Shown: positions 1 through 12,480, counted from the first letter of the stretch. The stretch: DNA of 64,000 bases from Octopus sinensis (GCF_006345805.1 NC_043009.1:53196001-53260000), one strand, 5' to 3'. Numbers and translations: made by a program. The notes: a model not told the origin generated them from the letters alone.

Positions 1-299
1 CTCACACATACAAACACTCATACTCATATACACACCCACACTCGCATCCACACACTCCACCACACACCTGCACGAACCCACACCTATTCCACCCTCTCTC
101 CCTCTCAAGTACGCACGTAAACACATGTAACATGCGCACACGCACACACACGAACGTACACACATGCAATCGCACATATACCTCCACACACACAATCCTC
201 CACACACACACGTAGACACATAGACGCCTGCATACAAACCAATGTGCAGGCCCAGATAAAACTCATGTCCTTGGCTAGACAAACGCACCTACATGCGTT

Positions 300-398
300 C
301 CACTACACGTACACACATGTATATATACATATATATATATATATACATACATATATATATATATATACATACATATATATATATATATATATACATAT

Positions 399-431
<33 letters not shown>

Positions 432-652
432 TATATATCTATACATATACATATATACATATATCATATATATATATATATACATATATATATACATATA
501 CATATATATATATATAACATATATATATACATATACATATATATATATACATACATATATATAATATATATATACATATATATCCATATACATATATATA
601 CATATATATATACATATATATATATACATATACATATCACATATATATATAC

Positions 653-683
<31 letters not shown>

Positions 684-698
684 CATATATATATATAC

Positions 699-729
<31 letters not shown>

Positions 730-920
730 CATAGAATATATATATACATATATATACATATATAATACATATATATATATATACTATATATATATACACT
801 ATATATCTACATATATATATATCTATATATATACTATATACATATATATAGTATATATATAGTATATATATATCTAGTATATCAAAGTATCAAAGTATCA
901 AAGTATCAAAGTATATATAG

Positions 921-971
<51 letters not shown>

Positions 972-995
972 TACATAATATATATATATATATAT
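300..995. repeat. (TA)n/(TACA)n low-complexity tract
   Basis: Direct inspection. Confidence 0.95.
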
Positions 996-1090
996 GAGAG
1001 AGAGCGAGAGACAGAGTGACGCACACAGAGACACACACACTTCTATTTTTATTTTTCACATACCCAAAAGCACACAGTCACACGCACACT

Positions 1091-1128
<38 letters not shown>

Positions 1129-1240
1129 ATAATGTGCAGGCACAGATAAAACGCATGCCCTTGGCTATACAAATGCTCCCACACACACTCCACCACACGC
1201 ACATACACAAACACACACTCACACGCATATTATACGGGAC

Positions 1241-1393
1241 TGGGTGTGTGGTAAGTAGCTTGCTAACCAGCCACATGGTTCCGGGTTCAGTCCCACTGCG
1301 TAGCATTTTGGGCAAGTGTCTTCTGCTATAGCCCCGGGCCGACCAATGTCTTGTGAGTGGATTTGGTAGACGGAAACTGAAAGAAGCCTGTCG

Positions 1394-1456
<63 letters not shown>

Positions 1457-1693
1457 GTGTGTGTGTATGTGTGTGTTTGTGTGTCTGTGTTTGTCCCCCT
1501 AGCATTGCTTGACAACCGATGGTGGTGTGTTTACGTTCCCGTCACCTAGCGGTTCGGCAAAAGAGACCGATAGAATAAGTACTGGGCTTACGAAGAATAA
1601 GTCCCGGGGTCGATTTGCTCGACTAAAGGAGGTGCTCCAGCATGGCCGCAGTCAAAATGACTGAAACAAGTATGAGTAAAAGAGAGTAAAGAG
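1241..1693 (+). mobile_element. SINE family A (tRNA-like head, CORE-like ccttgggcaagtgtctt body, internal (TA)n(TG)n, 3' tail ending in (GTAAAAGA)-like repeats)
   Basis: A/B-box-like tggtaag...ggttcagtccc. Other copies or halves: 9866-10005(-), 22026-22190(-), 29392-29540(-), 31117-31265(-), 37975-38105(+), 44200-44346(-), 46640-46865(+), 49885-50090(+), 54790-55216(+), 60500-60968(+). Confidence 0.85.
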
Positions 1694-1695
1694 TA

Positions 1696-1741
<46 letters not shown>

Positions 1742-1910
1742 TATATAATATATAGTGTTTATAACTGTCAACTTAACGTGACAGTAAGGGAAATACATCA
1801 CCGCTGTTTTCCCTAGGAAGCATTGACGCTTCCTGTCAGCCTCGACACATTTCCTGTGTCCTTATATATTTACGAAGGGGAGACAAATACTCCCAACAGC
1901 TAGGCCTGCA

Positions 1911-1957
1911 TCTAGAGACACGCATGTTTCAGGGTCTTCGCCCGTCATCGGTCTAGA
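1911..1957 (-). ncRNA. Type I hammerhead ribozyme motif (core CCGATGA)
   Basis: Stem I TCTAGA/TCTAGA with bulged extension; core CCGATGA; stem II GGG/CCC; GAAA; stem III ACA-TGCG-TGT; GUC cleavage triplet. Confidence 0.75.
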
Positions 1958-2055
1958 GTAGCAGAGGCCTGCTAGCTGAAGATATCTGTCTAGACTTCGT
2001 AAATATATATATCTATTTTTCAGTGAAGTTTATTCACTGATCACCAAAATCAGAA

Positions 2056-2188
2056 ATATTAAATTTCTAAATATCTCATAGAGATATGTACGGTGGTGGA
2101 GCGATGTAGTCAACGTTAAGTTGACAGTATACCACTATATCGCTCCACCACCGTACATATCTCTATGATATATTTAGAAATTTAATAT
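2056..2188. repeat. Fold-back palindrome, 50-bp arms
   Basis: 2056-2105 and 2139-2188 are reverse complements with 1 mismatch; the loop carries an inverted copy of 1755-1785. Confidence 0.9.
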
Positions 2189-2206
2189 ATATATATATAT
2201 ATATAT

Positions 2207-4873
2207 AACTTAGATAAACTTAGATGTGTTTCGACCAAAGGGTCCAGGCCATGTCTAACTTAATAGCACCACCTGATAGGATTATTTGAATCCTGTTTAA
2301 GTCAAGTTTTGCTTATGGTCCATTCAAGTAGTGAGTTTTTGTTGGGTGAGTTGTATCCAATTATGGGTGGCTTATCTGGTATTCTTTGAAGGAATCTATC
2401 CAGACTCCGTTTAAAGTTGATGGGATCCTGTTCCTCTTTGATCTCTTTCGGGACAATGTTAAATAGGGCAGGGCCTGTTGAGGAAAAGAAATTATGTTGT
2501 AGTGTATAAGTATGCTGTGATCTTGAATTGGGCAGGGGACGTATGGCCCGTGGTCCCAGTCTTGGATGAACCTTGAAGCTTATGTTCAGGTCGTTTGGGC
2601 AAAGTTGACGGTATATTCTCCACATCGTACAAATGATGTACCGCTCACGGCGACGCTGGAGAGAGTAGAGTTTCAAGGCTTTAAGGCGATCCCAATAATC
2701 GAGAGCAGCCATGCCTTCAATTCGTTTAGTGAGTGCTCTCTGGGGTGATTCAATCCTCGAGATGTTTTGTCTTGTATGGGGAGACCACAGTGGGCAGCAG
2801 TATTCAAGGTGTGGCCGTACAAAGGAGGAAAAAAGTGGTATGATGACACCTTGTTCTCTGGACCGGAAAGTTCTTAAGATCCAGGAACTCATCCTACGAG
2901 CTATATCGACCTTCTTGTTGATGTGTGCCCTCCAACTGAGATCGTCATCAACAATTACACCTAGGTCTCTGATGTTGTTAGAGGCTGTGAGCGGTTCCCC
3001 TGAAGGAAGAGAGTATGGCTGTTTTAGTGAGGAGTTTCTTCCAAAATGCATCAGCTCAAATTTTCCTTCGTTCAGTTGCATTTTGTTTCTGTCTGCCCAT
3101 TGACTCACAGCATATAGATCAGACTGGAGTTGAGTTCGGTCTGCTTCTTCATTCATGATTTGCTGGAGCTTAGTGTCATCAGCAAATATTTTTGCTGGGT
3201 TTGAGTGGACTCCATCAACTACAACATGTTGTGTTCTATTCGCCAGGAAATACTTAATCCAGTGTAGAACTTTTCCATGGATTCCAACATTTGCCAATTT
3301 TTAGAGTAGGATATTATGGTCTACCCTGTCGAACGCTTTACTGAAGTCAAGATATATGACGTCAGAATTCGAACCTGTTCCCAAGGCTTTGAGTACATCT
3401 TCAATGTGGTGTAAGAGCTGTGTTAGACAGTCCCTGCCACAGCGAAAGCCATGCTGATTTGCATTTAGGAGTTTGTGGGTCTCCAGGAAGTCAGCTATCC
3501 TTGATCTTAACACTCTTTCAAACACTTTGATGATGTGGGAGGTGAGTAAGATTGGGCGATAGTTGAGTGCGAGGGATCTGTTTCCCTGTTTGAAAACCGG
3601 GATGACTGACTGGGATAGAAACTGTTTCGGTATATAACCTGCGTCTAACGAATTTCTCCAGAGGTTGGTCAGAGGGACTGTAAGTTGGTGCTTACATTCC
3701 TTCAGGAGACTAGCGGGTAATCTATCAGGGCCTACAGCAGAGTAGTATTTGACCTCATTTATTGCTGCTACGATGTCAGTGGGAGTGAAGGTTATGTCTG
3801 AGATTTTATGTTGGGAGTCAACTTCGTTCCCTTCTCTTACGTCAATATCAGTGGGAACACTAAAGACAGAGCAGTATTGTTTCTGCAGTATTTCTGCCAT
3901 TTCTTTAGCATCGTGTTGGGGAATGCCGTTAGCATCAATCAATGGCCCAATGGGTGAGACAGTGGTTCTATGCTTATTTGCATAGGAATAGAACACTTTT
4001 GGGTTCTGTTTGATGTTTTTGATTACCCACTGTTCCTCCGCAGCTCTTTGATTTTCAATGGAGGTTTTCATGTTGTTCTGCAGATGAAGTTTTTCCAGCT
4101 CTAGCCTTTTCATTGTTGTTGAACGTGGATGTTGTTTGTGGGAATATTTTAATTGGTTGATTTTTTTGTTAAGTCTTTTGATGCGCCTGATGAGTGTTTT
4201 CTTCTTTTTAGGGAGCCGATTTCTGTTTGTGTTAGTAGATTTCGTGGGAGCGTGTTTAGAGCATGTATATGTGAAAATGTTTTCAAAGTGCTGCCATGCG
4301 GTCTCAATATGAGTGGAATTGAGAGTAAAAGACCAGTCGATGAAAGACAGATCCTTTCTGATTGCTCCCCAGTCCGCATGTGGAAGTTTATGTTATCAAA
4401 TGAGTGCCATGGAGTGGGATTGGCTGGTTTGGTTTTTATATGTCGGGAATTGAAATTGCAGAGTACCATGTCGTGATGTGAGAGGAGAGTTTTTTCAACT
4501 GAAATACTGTGAACGAAGCTAGAGTGATTGGTCAATACCAGATCCAAGATCGTTTTATTCTGTCTCGTTGGTTCGAGCACTAGCTGAGTCAGGAAGTATT
4601 CATCCATTAGATTAAAGAGCAGTTCCGCTGCTGCTCTATCTGATGTAGAGCACTTGCCTAACTTTAGAGTATTTGTGGGCCAGTTCACATGAGGGAGGTT
4701 AAAATCACCCATCACTAGTATGTTTCCGGAGTGGTACTTTCGAAGGAAGGACTTGACTTTGCTAAGGCACTCGTCAAAGTACTTTAAAGGTGCTTGGGGA
4801 GGCCTGTAAAGACCAACAATGGTTATGTCCTTGGCCTTGCTGAATAGTGATACAGATTCACAGTAGCCATTGG

Positions 4874-4877
<4 letters not shown>
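2207..4877 (-). mobile_element. CR1-clade LINE, 5'-truncated ORF2 (partial APE endonuclease + RT), inactivated
   Basis: Peptides GLYRPP, VMGDFNLP, LDLVLTN (APE); NYRPILLTS, QHGFR, YLDFSKAFDRV, FADDTKL, RPHLEYCCPLWSP, SLQRRRER (CR1-type RT/C-terminus). Stop at 3298-3300, frameshift near 4150-4470, about 33-codon deletion in RT. 3' end with (ATCTAAGTT)-like tandem repeat; (TA)n on both sides. Confidence 0.92.
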
Positions 4878-4957
<80 letters not shown>

Positions 4958-5835
4958 CAATTGAGAGAGAGAGAGAGCGAAACAGAGATAGAGAGTGACG
5001 CATAGTGTGACACACAAACCCATACACATGTTCATACACACACTTGTAGTTTTATTATTTCACACACCTAAAAGCGCACACACACATATATTGAGTTACA
5101 CAGAGAACACCCACGCACCCATAGGCATGTGCACACACACACACACACGTACACGCCTGCACGCATACTAATGTGCAGGCACAGATAAAACCCACGCCGT
5201 TAGTTACACGAACGCACCCACATACACTCCACCCATATGGGAATTATTATTTTAATATATTTTTTAATCATGCAATATATTAAGTGTTTCCGTGCTCAAT
5301 CTGGGTTAAGTATTGAGCCCGAATGTACTCCCTTATACTTTTAGTATATCTCAAATTCAATTACCCCATATATTGGATACCACCTTTTACGATATCTTAT
5401 ATTTATCCACCCGTAATGAAGAGAATAGTTCTTATATTGATTTAAAATACATTGGGTTGGCGCGTAATTATTGCGGCATTTTTCTAAACAAATTTTATTC
5501 AACAAAAACAATAACAATATTTAACAAAAAACATCTTTAAAAGACAGTCTAACCGTCTGCCAAGCAAATGGGAAGCAGTAATTGAAGTAGATGGTGAATA
5601 TGCTCCGGAATAATCATTTAAAGATGCTTCTGTTACATGTTGTTATTGACTTTTGTTGAATAAAACTTATTTTTAAAAAGTCGCAATAATTATGCACCAA
5701 CCCATTACTATGTATTACTGTTCATATCATAATTTATTTCTGTTATACATTCATTACAGAATGTTTTTATCATGACTTTCTATACACTATGTTTAGGAAA
5801 AAGTTTTTAATAGCTTTTCTTATATATTAAAGTGT

Positions 5836-6146
5836 GAAGGCGCAATGGCCCAGTGGTTAGGGCAGCGGACTGGCGGTCGTAGGATCGCGGTTTCGATTCC
5901 CACACCGAGCGTTGTGAGTGTTTATTGAGCGAAAACACCTAGAGCTCCACGAGGCTCCGGCAGGGGGTGGTGGCGATCCCTGCTGTACTCTTTCGCCACA
6001 TCTTTCTCTCACTCTTTCTTCTGTTGGCCTGCTCGCTTAGCCAGCGGGGTGGCGTCATTTGAAGGCTAAAACAATGCGAAGCGCATTGTGACCAGCGATG
6101 TGTAGCCACATCTGATAGCCTGGTCGGTCACGGTGATCACGGTGAT
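5836..6146 (+). mobile_element. SINE family B variant with a different 3' tail
   Basis: First ~185 nt match 44646, then gcctgctcgcttagccagcggggtggcg...tcacggtgat; the same tail occurs alone at 54628-54745. Confidence 0.85.
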
Positions 6147-7376
6147 ATATTAAAGTATCCCATTATTGGGTTTGATTTGAATTTCTATCGTTCTATATAC
6201 TCCAATTTCCATTCCTAAAGTTTATATTACCTCTTTTGGATTTGATAATCTAAATAAGTAATTTGATAATCTAAATAAGTATCCTTATGCCACTTATGGC
6301 ATGTGAGGAAAATGCCACTCGTATTTATCAGCTCTCCCCATCAGACATTCCTTTATTACTAACCACACAATCTGACATCTTATTTAGATAAAGCTAGATA
6401 TGTAAGTTTAGTAAATTGTCTGACATTATTTGATTTATATCCTCACCAGCTACAATACTGTTTACAAGCGCTAATGAATTAATTCATAAATATATGGTTT
6501 TAGTGCATTGAGTTAGTGATAGTAGATTGTCTGATATTAATTAATTTATCACTATTAACTAAAATACAGTTGTCAATGGATTTAATCAATAAACGGTTGT
6601 TTATGTAAGTAATTAGGTCACCGCTCTTCTTATCCTGACCTTCACTATTTTTTCTGCCACTCCCTAAATTATAGTAGGCTTGACGTGGTATGCGTTATTT
6701 TCCAAATTCATTCTGCCATAGATATTTTGGCTTCTATTACTGATGTAAATATGTTTTAAAAATGGTTATTATGATCATTGGTTTTATTAGAGTCTTGCCC
6801 CTTTAACTGATGACTAACATCTTGATTTAAGAACTGCTTCAAACTAATCTTGACAAGTTTTAAGACTATACCCACTATGATTCTGTCAACTCCCTCAGGC
6901 CCTTTCCTAACAGGCAATGCTCTTTGGTCTTAGATTTTGATATACAAAGATTTGATAAACAAGACTATAAATTAAAACTGACCTAAAAATCAATGACAAG
7001 CTAGATCTCTAACAAGTTCTTTTTCCGATGTCTTAGTAGCTTCTCAGGTGAAGTGAATACAGCATGGATTTTTTCTGTCTTCTTGCCCTCTTAAAGGAAA
7101 TAGGTAAAATTATACAAATGTGTCCGACTGATGAAATAAATTCTATTTATTTATTTATTTATTTATTTATGTTGCTGAGGATAGCCCTGCATTTAAGTTG
7201 ATGTAATGATTGCATTGTTCAATTAAATAGAGTCGCTTGAAACGCTCGTACAGCATCACCTCTGGATATCCGGTAGCTTATTTTGATTTTATTCACCTTA
7301 TTTCAAACTGTACAGACAATTCCGCAATAATTTTGGGCGCCTCCACTTATGTACCTAATTCATCTGGATCTCAATT

Positions 7377-7431
<55 letters not shown>

Positions 7432-7470
7432 TGTTCCGTGAAATAAAATTCAACAAAGAATGTAATATAT

Positions 7471-8136
7471 CTGGTAAGAGATAAATATTTAAAGGACGAA
7501 ATATTACCACGGTACTAATAGTTTCATATGTTGAAAAAAGTTAAACATAATTTTCAGGCACAAGCCACATATAATAAAATTTAAAAAATCGAATAATAGA
7601 AGAAACAAGAAGAAACTGAGAAGGCAGGATATAGGAAATGCAGAACGCAAACAACGGAAAACGAAAACTGAAAACTAAAATGTAAGAAAAATGCATGGAT
7701 AAATGTTCGCTGTTTAGAAATTATTTTAACACCCTTGACAGGCGCTATACCCTTTATTTACTCCTGCTTCAGTATGGTGCAGATCGTAGAAGTACTATGC
7801 TCGTACTGCTTCGCCAAGTCCACTACCTGCACCACCTTAAGTACGTTTTTCGATAATTTCTTTTAGTCAATGCACATCATCCCTTTCTTCTCAGCACTGT
7901 CATTCGCACTGGTAAGAGATAAATATTTATTTAAACGACGAAATACATACACGTATTACAGCGGTACTAATAGTTTCATATGTTGAAAAAAATAAAACAT
8001 AATTTTCAGGCTCAAGCCACCTATAATAAACTAAAAAAATCCGAATAAGAGAAGAAAGAAACTGAAAAGGCAGGATATAGGAAATGTAGAACGTAAACTA
8101 TGGAAAACGAAAACTTAAAACTAAAATGTAAGAAAA

Positions 8137-8138
<2 letters not shown>
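7471..8138 (-). repeat. Two diverged direct repeats of about 230 bp (7471-7695, 7909-8138), each with a hammerhead relic (7508-7560, 7961-8013); pLTR-like
   Basis: Shared ctggtaagagataaatattt...aaaatgtaagaaaaatg; minus strand CTGAAAA-T-TATGTT/AACATA-T-GAAA-CTA-T-TAG-TA. Confidence 0.65.
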
Positions 8139-8178
<40 letters not shown>

Positions 8179-8448
8179 ATATATATATATATAATATATA
8201 TATATATATGTATGTATGTATGCATACAAAATATAAGGAGAAAATCTATATAAGATTTACCAAGTAGCCAGCGTGGAAAACCAATCGAGGAAGAAATTTA
8301 ATACAAACTATATAATTTCTTTTCCTCACATATAAAATACATTATTATATATATATATATATCTAATGTAGGATAAATTTTTTTGAAAAAAATCCTATCA
8401 ATGGCCTGCATATTAAAAAATACCTTTAAAGGTTAAATTTATAAACAA

Positions 8449-8542
8449 ATTATAAGTGAGGACAAAAGAAAAAAATTCCTAATGCCAAACTTGTCTATTT
8501 TCGGCATATTTTGGCATTAGAATTTTTTTCTTTTGCCCACAC

Positions 8543-8549
<7 letters not shown>
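8449..8549. repeat. Imperfect fold-back palindrome adjoining (TA)n
   Basis: attataagtg..caaaagaaaaaaattc..taatgccaaa versus tttggcattagaatttttttcttttgcccacacttataat. Confidence 0.75.
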
Positions 8550-8599
<50 letters not shown>

Positions 8600-8815
8600 T
8601 TTAAATAATAAGGGAAATAAATTGAATATTAATTTAATATCAATTTAAAACCAGTAGCCTAGCATACAAAAGTCTGAAAAATCAGAGAAAATTCTAGTAC
8701 ATGTGTATATTTGAAGGGCAAACCACTATGTGGTCGGCCGTATGCTAGAAGTAGATCACCTACGATCAAACTACAAAGAAAGGAATGTTCTCTAGAGGAA
8801 GGAACATTCCTTCAA

Positions 8816-8855
<40 letters not shown>

Positions 8856-8932
8856 AAATATTAGGGAATAAATCCAAACTTACAGGGACAAATCAGATTT
8901 AGGATTAAATCCAATTTTATAGTAAAATATAT

Positions 8933-9284
<352 letters not shown>

Positions 9285-10524
9285 GGAGTGGCGATGCTGA
9301 AAATTTCCTGGCTTTACGTGGCTTTACGGGTATCATGAAAGACTTGGCTGGAGATCCAACTATCCGAGTTCTGTTACAAGGCTTAGAAAAATTGAAGGAC
9401 TTCTGCAATAAGCGTGTGAATCTGATCGTCCTGTGTTTTTTTTTTAACCCAAATGCAGGAACTTTTCAGCGCTCCCTGTTGTATTTTATTATAGGGTAAA
9501 TTCGTTTTGATTCAAATAAGATTGGAAATGATTGAAATAAATGAGGGAACAAAACACGAACGAATTTCTCTGACGATTAAGTAGTTTATTCTTTTATTCT
9601 TTTACTTTTTTCAGTCATTGACTTGGGCCATTCTCGAACACTGCCTCGAAGGTCCTTAGTGGAACAAATCGACCCAGGGACTTATTTCTTGAGTCTTGTA
9701 CTTATTCTATCAATCTTTTTTGCCGAACCGCTAATTTACGGAGTCAAACACAGACATGCGTGCACGCGCTCATACACACGCGCATGTATGTATGTATGTA
9801 TGTATGTATGTATGTATGTATGTATGTATGTATGTATATATATATATGTGTGTGTGTGTGTATAAGATGGGTTTCTTTCATCTTCTGTTGATGAAATCCA
9901 ATCACAAGGCTTTGGCTAGCCCGAGACTATAATAGAACACACTTGCTAAAGAGGCCACACAGTGGAACTGAACCTGGAACCATGTGGCTGGAAAGCAAAC
10001 TTCTTTATTCTATGAAATTGGCCATGAAAGCCTTACACAGAGAGGACAGCACAAGGGGGGGGGGAACAAAAAACAAGAACGAAAATAATGAATTAATATA
10101 ATGAAAGATAACACGAAGCCGTTCGGCCCCACCACCGAGCGACTTCATTGAACCTGTTCATACAAGGTTTTTAGAACACAATTATTTACACTATCGTTTG
10201 CAACAGTTAATCCCCATTTTTTTCAGAATGTCTATATCATATATTTTTTAAATATCGGCATATATTATCCGTTTCGGCATTGTGCTGGTGTTTATTTTTT
10301 GACCCACCACTCGCAGTCATAATTTTCCACATTCTTATGTAATCTCCACAGGTACTCCGGGTCCGCCAGTGCGCATTGATTGTTCTTGGGCAGACCCTTT
10401 ACACCCGTTACACCCACTTTGATTACTCCGTCCCACGAGTCCACATCATTGTACAGTTCTTCATTCTGTCCATTATACATTATTACATATTTTTCCTTAC
10501 AGGCCGGGGATGGGTAAGTTTGAG

Positions 10525-11095
10525 GCTCCTGTATGTTTGCGATTGTTTGGTACCAACAACATATAAGTAACAACACAAAATTGGCTCCTTACAAATCGTT
10601 TGTTTTACCATTCCTGTTACATTCCTCTGAAACATTGACCTGTTGTGAAAGACATCTCAAATTGTTCGAACTATTCCACCAAACATGCCTTCACAGCATT
10701 TTAAACATTAAATGGGGCTCAATTTTACTCCAGACAAAGTTGTCTCTGCGTTTGCAGGCATCACTTCAATTAAATCAATGATTCTGAAAAATCAAATGAG
10801 ATGGTCTGGCTAAATTGTTTAAATGGCGGATGAACGCACACCCAACCAGTTATTTTATGGCGAACTTGCAGTAGGGAAATGCAATTAGTATAAACCTAAA
10901 AAAAGGTTTAAGGACTGTATAAGGACTAACATGAAGTCACTTGGAATGGACCTAAAGGCCATAGAAACGCTTGCTTCGGATCGAGCTGGATGGCGAACAA
11001 CAGTGTGGAGTGGAGTGAAAGTTTCTGAAGAGGCCAGGATGACCCATGCAAGACTCAAGTGAGATTTAAAGAAGAATGTTGCGACCAATGAGGTC
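10525..11095 (+). mobile_element. RTE-clade LINE C-terminal fragment, degenerate
   Basis: TKLAPYKSFVLPFLLHSSETLT...FHQTCLHSILNIKW and DERTPNQLFYGEL...KRFKDCIRTNMK...LASDRAGWR match the RTE/BovB-type ORF end. Confidence 0.8.
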
Positions 11096-11466
11096 AATTT
11101 CAGCAAACTTTTTGTGTGAATAATTTGTGACAGTCAATGACTTTCTTTCGCTGGACTTACATCTCATTTGCGGAACCATGAAAAATGAACCTCCACGAAC
11201 AACTCTGCCTATATATCTGTGCAGACCTGTCAATGCCGTGTATGCCATAAGGTCTGAAAATCTAACGGAGGCTTCAAAAGACATTTTAAGATCCACAAAA
11301 ATCAGAACTGAACAGCAGCTCTTGGTGGTCCAAATCTTCTATGCAATCTATGTGGGTGACTTTTCAAAACATTGCCCGGTGTAAAATGCCACATCAAACA
11401 CCGTGATAGATCTAGGGTCTAAGTACAAGAGGTGGTCAAACCACTACTGTATGTATGTAATGTATG

Positions 11467-11515
<49 letters not shown>

Positions 11516-12191
11516 GCACACATAGGAAGTTCGATGATGGCTTAGCTGGTCGAAACTTATGAAAGAATAATACATTTGTAATGAGTAATCCTTGAAATTA
11601 ATGTAAAACAGTTTTTATTATAACATAAAAGGACATGTGTGTGTCTGTGTGTCCGCGCACACGTGCATGTGTGCTCACGTTTATGTATGTTTGTACGTAT
11701 GTATGAAAATCGCCACATCATACATTATATATGCAGACAGCCTATGTCTTGCATTTAATCACAGAACACTTCTTTATATTTCATCCTGTTATATTGGTTC
11801 GATAAATTCAATAAACCTCATATTAGAGCTGCCTTGAATGTATAGTTTTCTTGCTGTTGTTATTGATCTTAGGCGTGTGAACGTGTCCTTGAATTCCACT
11901 TTGAATACTCAATCTTTTGTGAATGTATGTGAGCTATTTGTTCTCCTGGGAAAAGGAAGAGATGAACTGGTTTTACTAATTAGATAAACCAATGGACTGA
12001 ACCTGAATTTTCAGTGTAAAACAAAATCTGACTCGAGACAAGAACATAAAGGAGAAGCGGCAGCTATACACGCGCTCCATAATACTGGAAAAGAATAAAA
12101 ATAGAAAAGATTTTCTCGGTTAGGTGAAAATTCTTAGTATTACTTTGTAAAACGAAAAACGAAAAACCAAAAACCCCCCAAAGAATTAGAA

Positions 12192-12225
12192 ATGTCTGCA
12201 CAACTATTTGAACATATATTTATTG
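12192..12225 (+). CDS. Coding exon 1 of a 5-exon gene (MSAQLFEHIFI + phase 1); N-terminal half of the signal peptide
   Basis: ATG at 12192 with in-frame upstream TAG at 12135-12137; strong donor TTG|GTAAGT at 12226. The phase-1 join to 38860 builds a 23-aa signal-like peptide MSAQLFEHIFIVTFLLCIPVCHG. Short exon, 26.6 kb from exon 2, so the least certain exon. Confidence 0.65.
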
Positions 12226-12384
12226 GTAAGTTTGAATTTTCTTGATTTAGTTCTCTGTTTTTATATTATATTTGCATGTGTATTTAATTATTGGTGTATG
12301 TTCTTTTGTACGAAACAATACGATTATTAGTGTTTATTCCTGTTTAAAACTGAAGAGATTATTGATCTGTAGCCATTTCTGTGT

Positions 12385-12400
12385 GTCATATATATAATAT

Positions 12401-12432
<32 letters not shown>

Positions 12433-12480
12433 GTATATATATATGTATATGTATATATATATATGTAATATATTGTATTG

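Noticed and set aside
2225-2256. Stem + GAAAC at the CR1/SINE A 3' end read as a hammerhead
   Set aside because: Upstream is CATGGCC rather than a CUGANGA-like core, and helices I/III are inconsistent among copies; treated as an RT-recognition structure.
6180-7130. AT-rich region possibly a decayed PLE ORF; CTGATGA near 6830
   Set aside because: Only faint peptide resemblance, and no GAAA or stems after the CTGATGA.
11529-11563. Possible hammerhead relic TCGATGA-T-GGCT/GGTC-GAAAC
   Set aside because: Core and stem I too degenerate to call, although downstream aataatacatttgt resembles other PLE-type ends.
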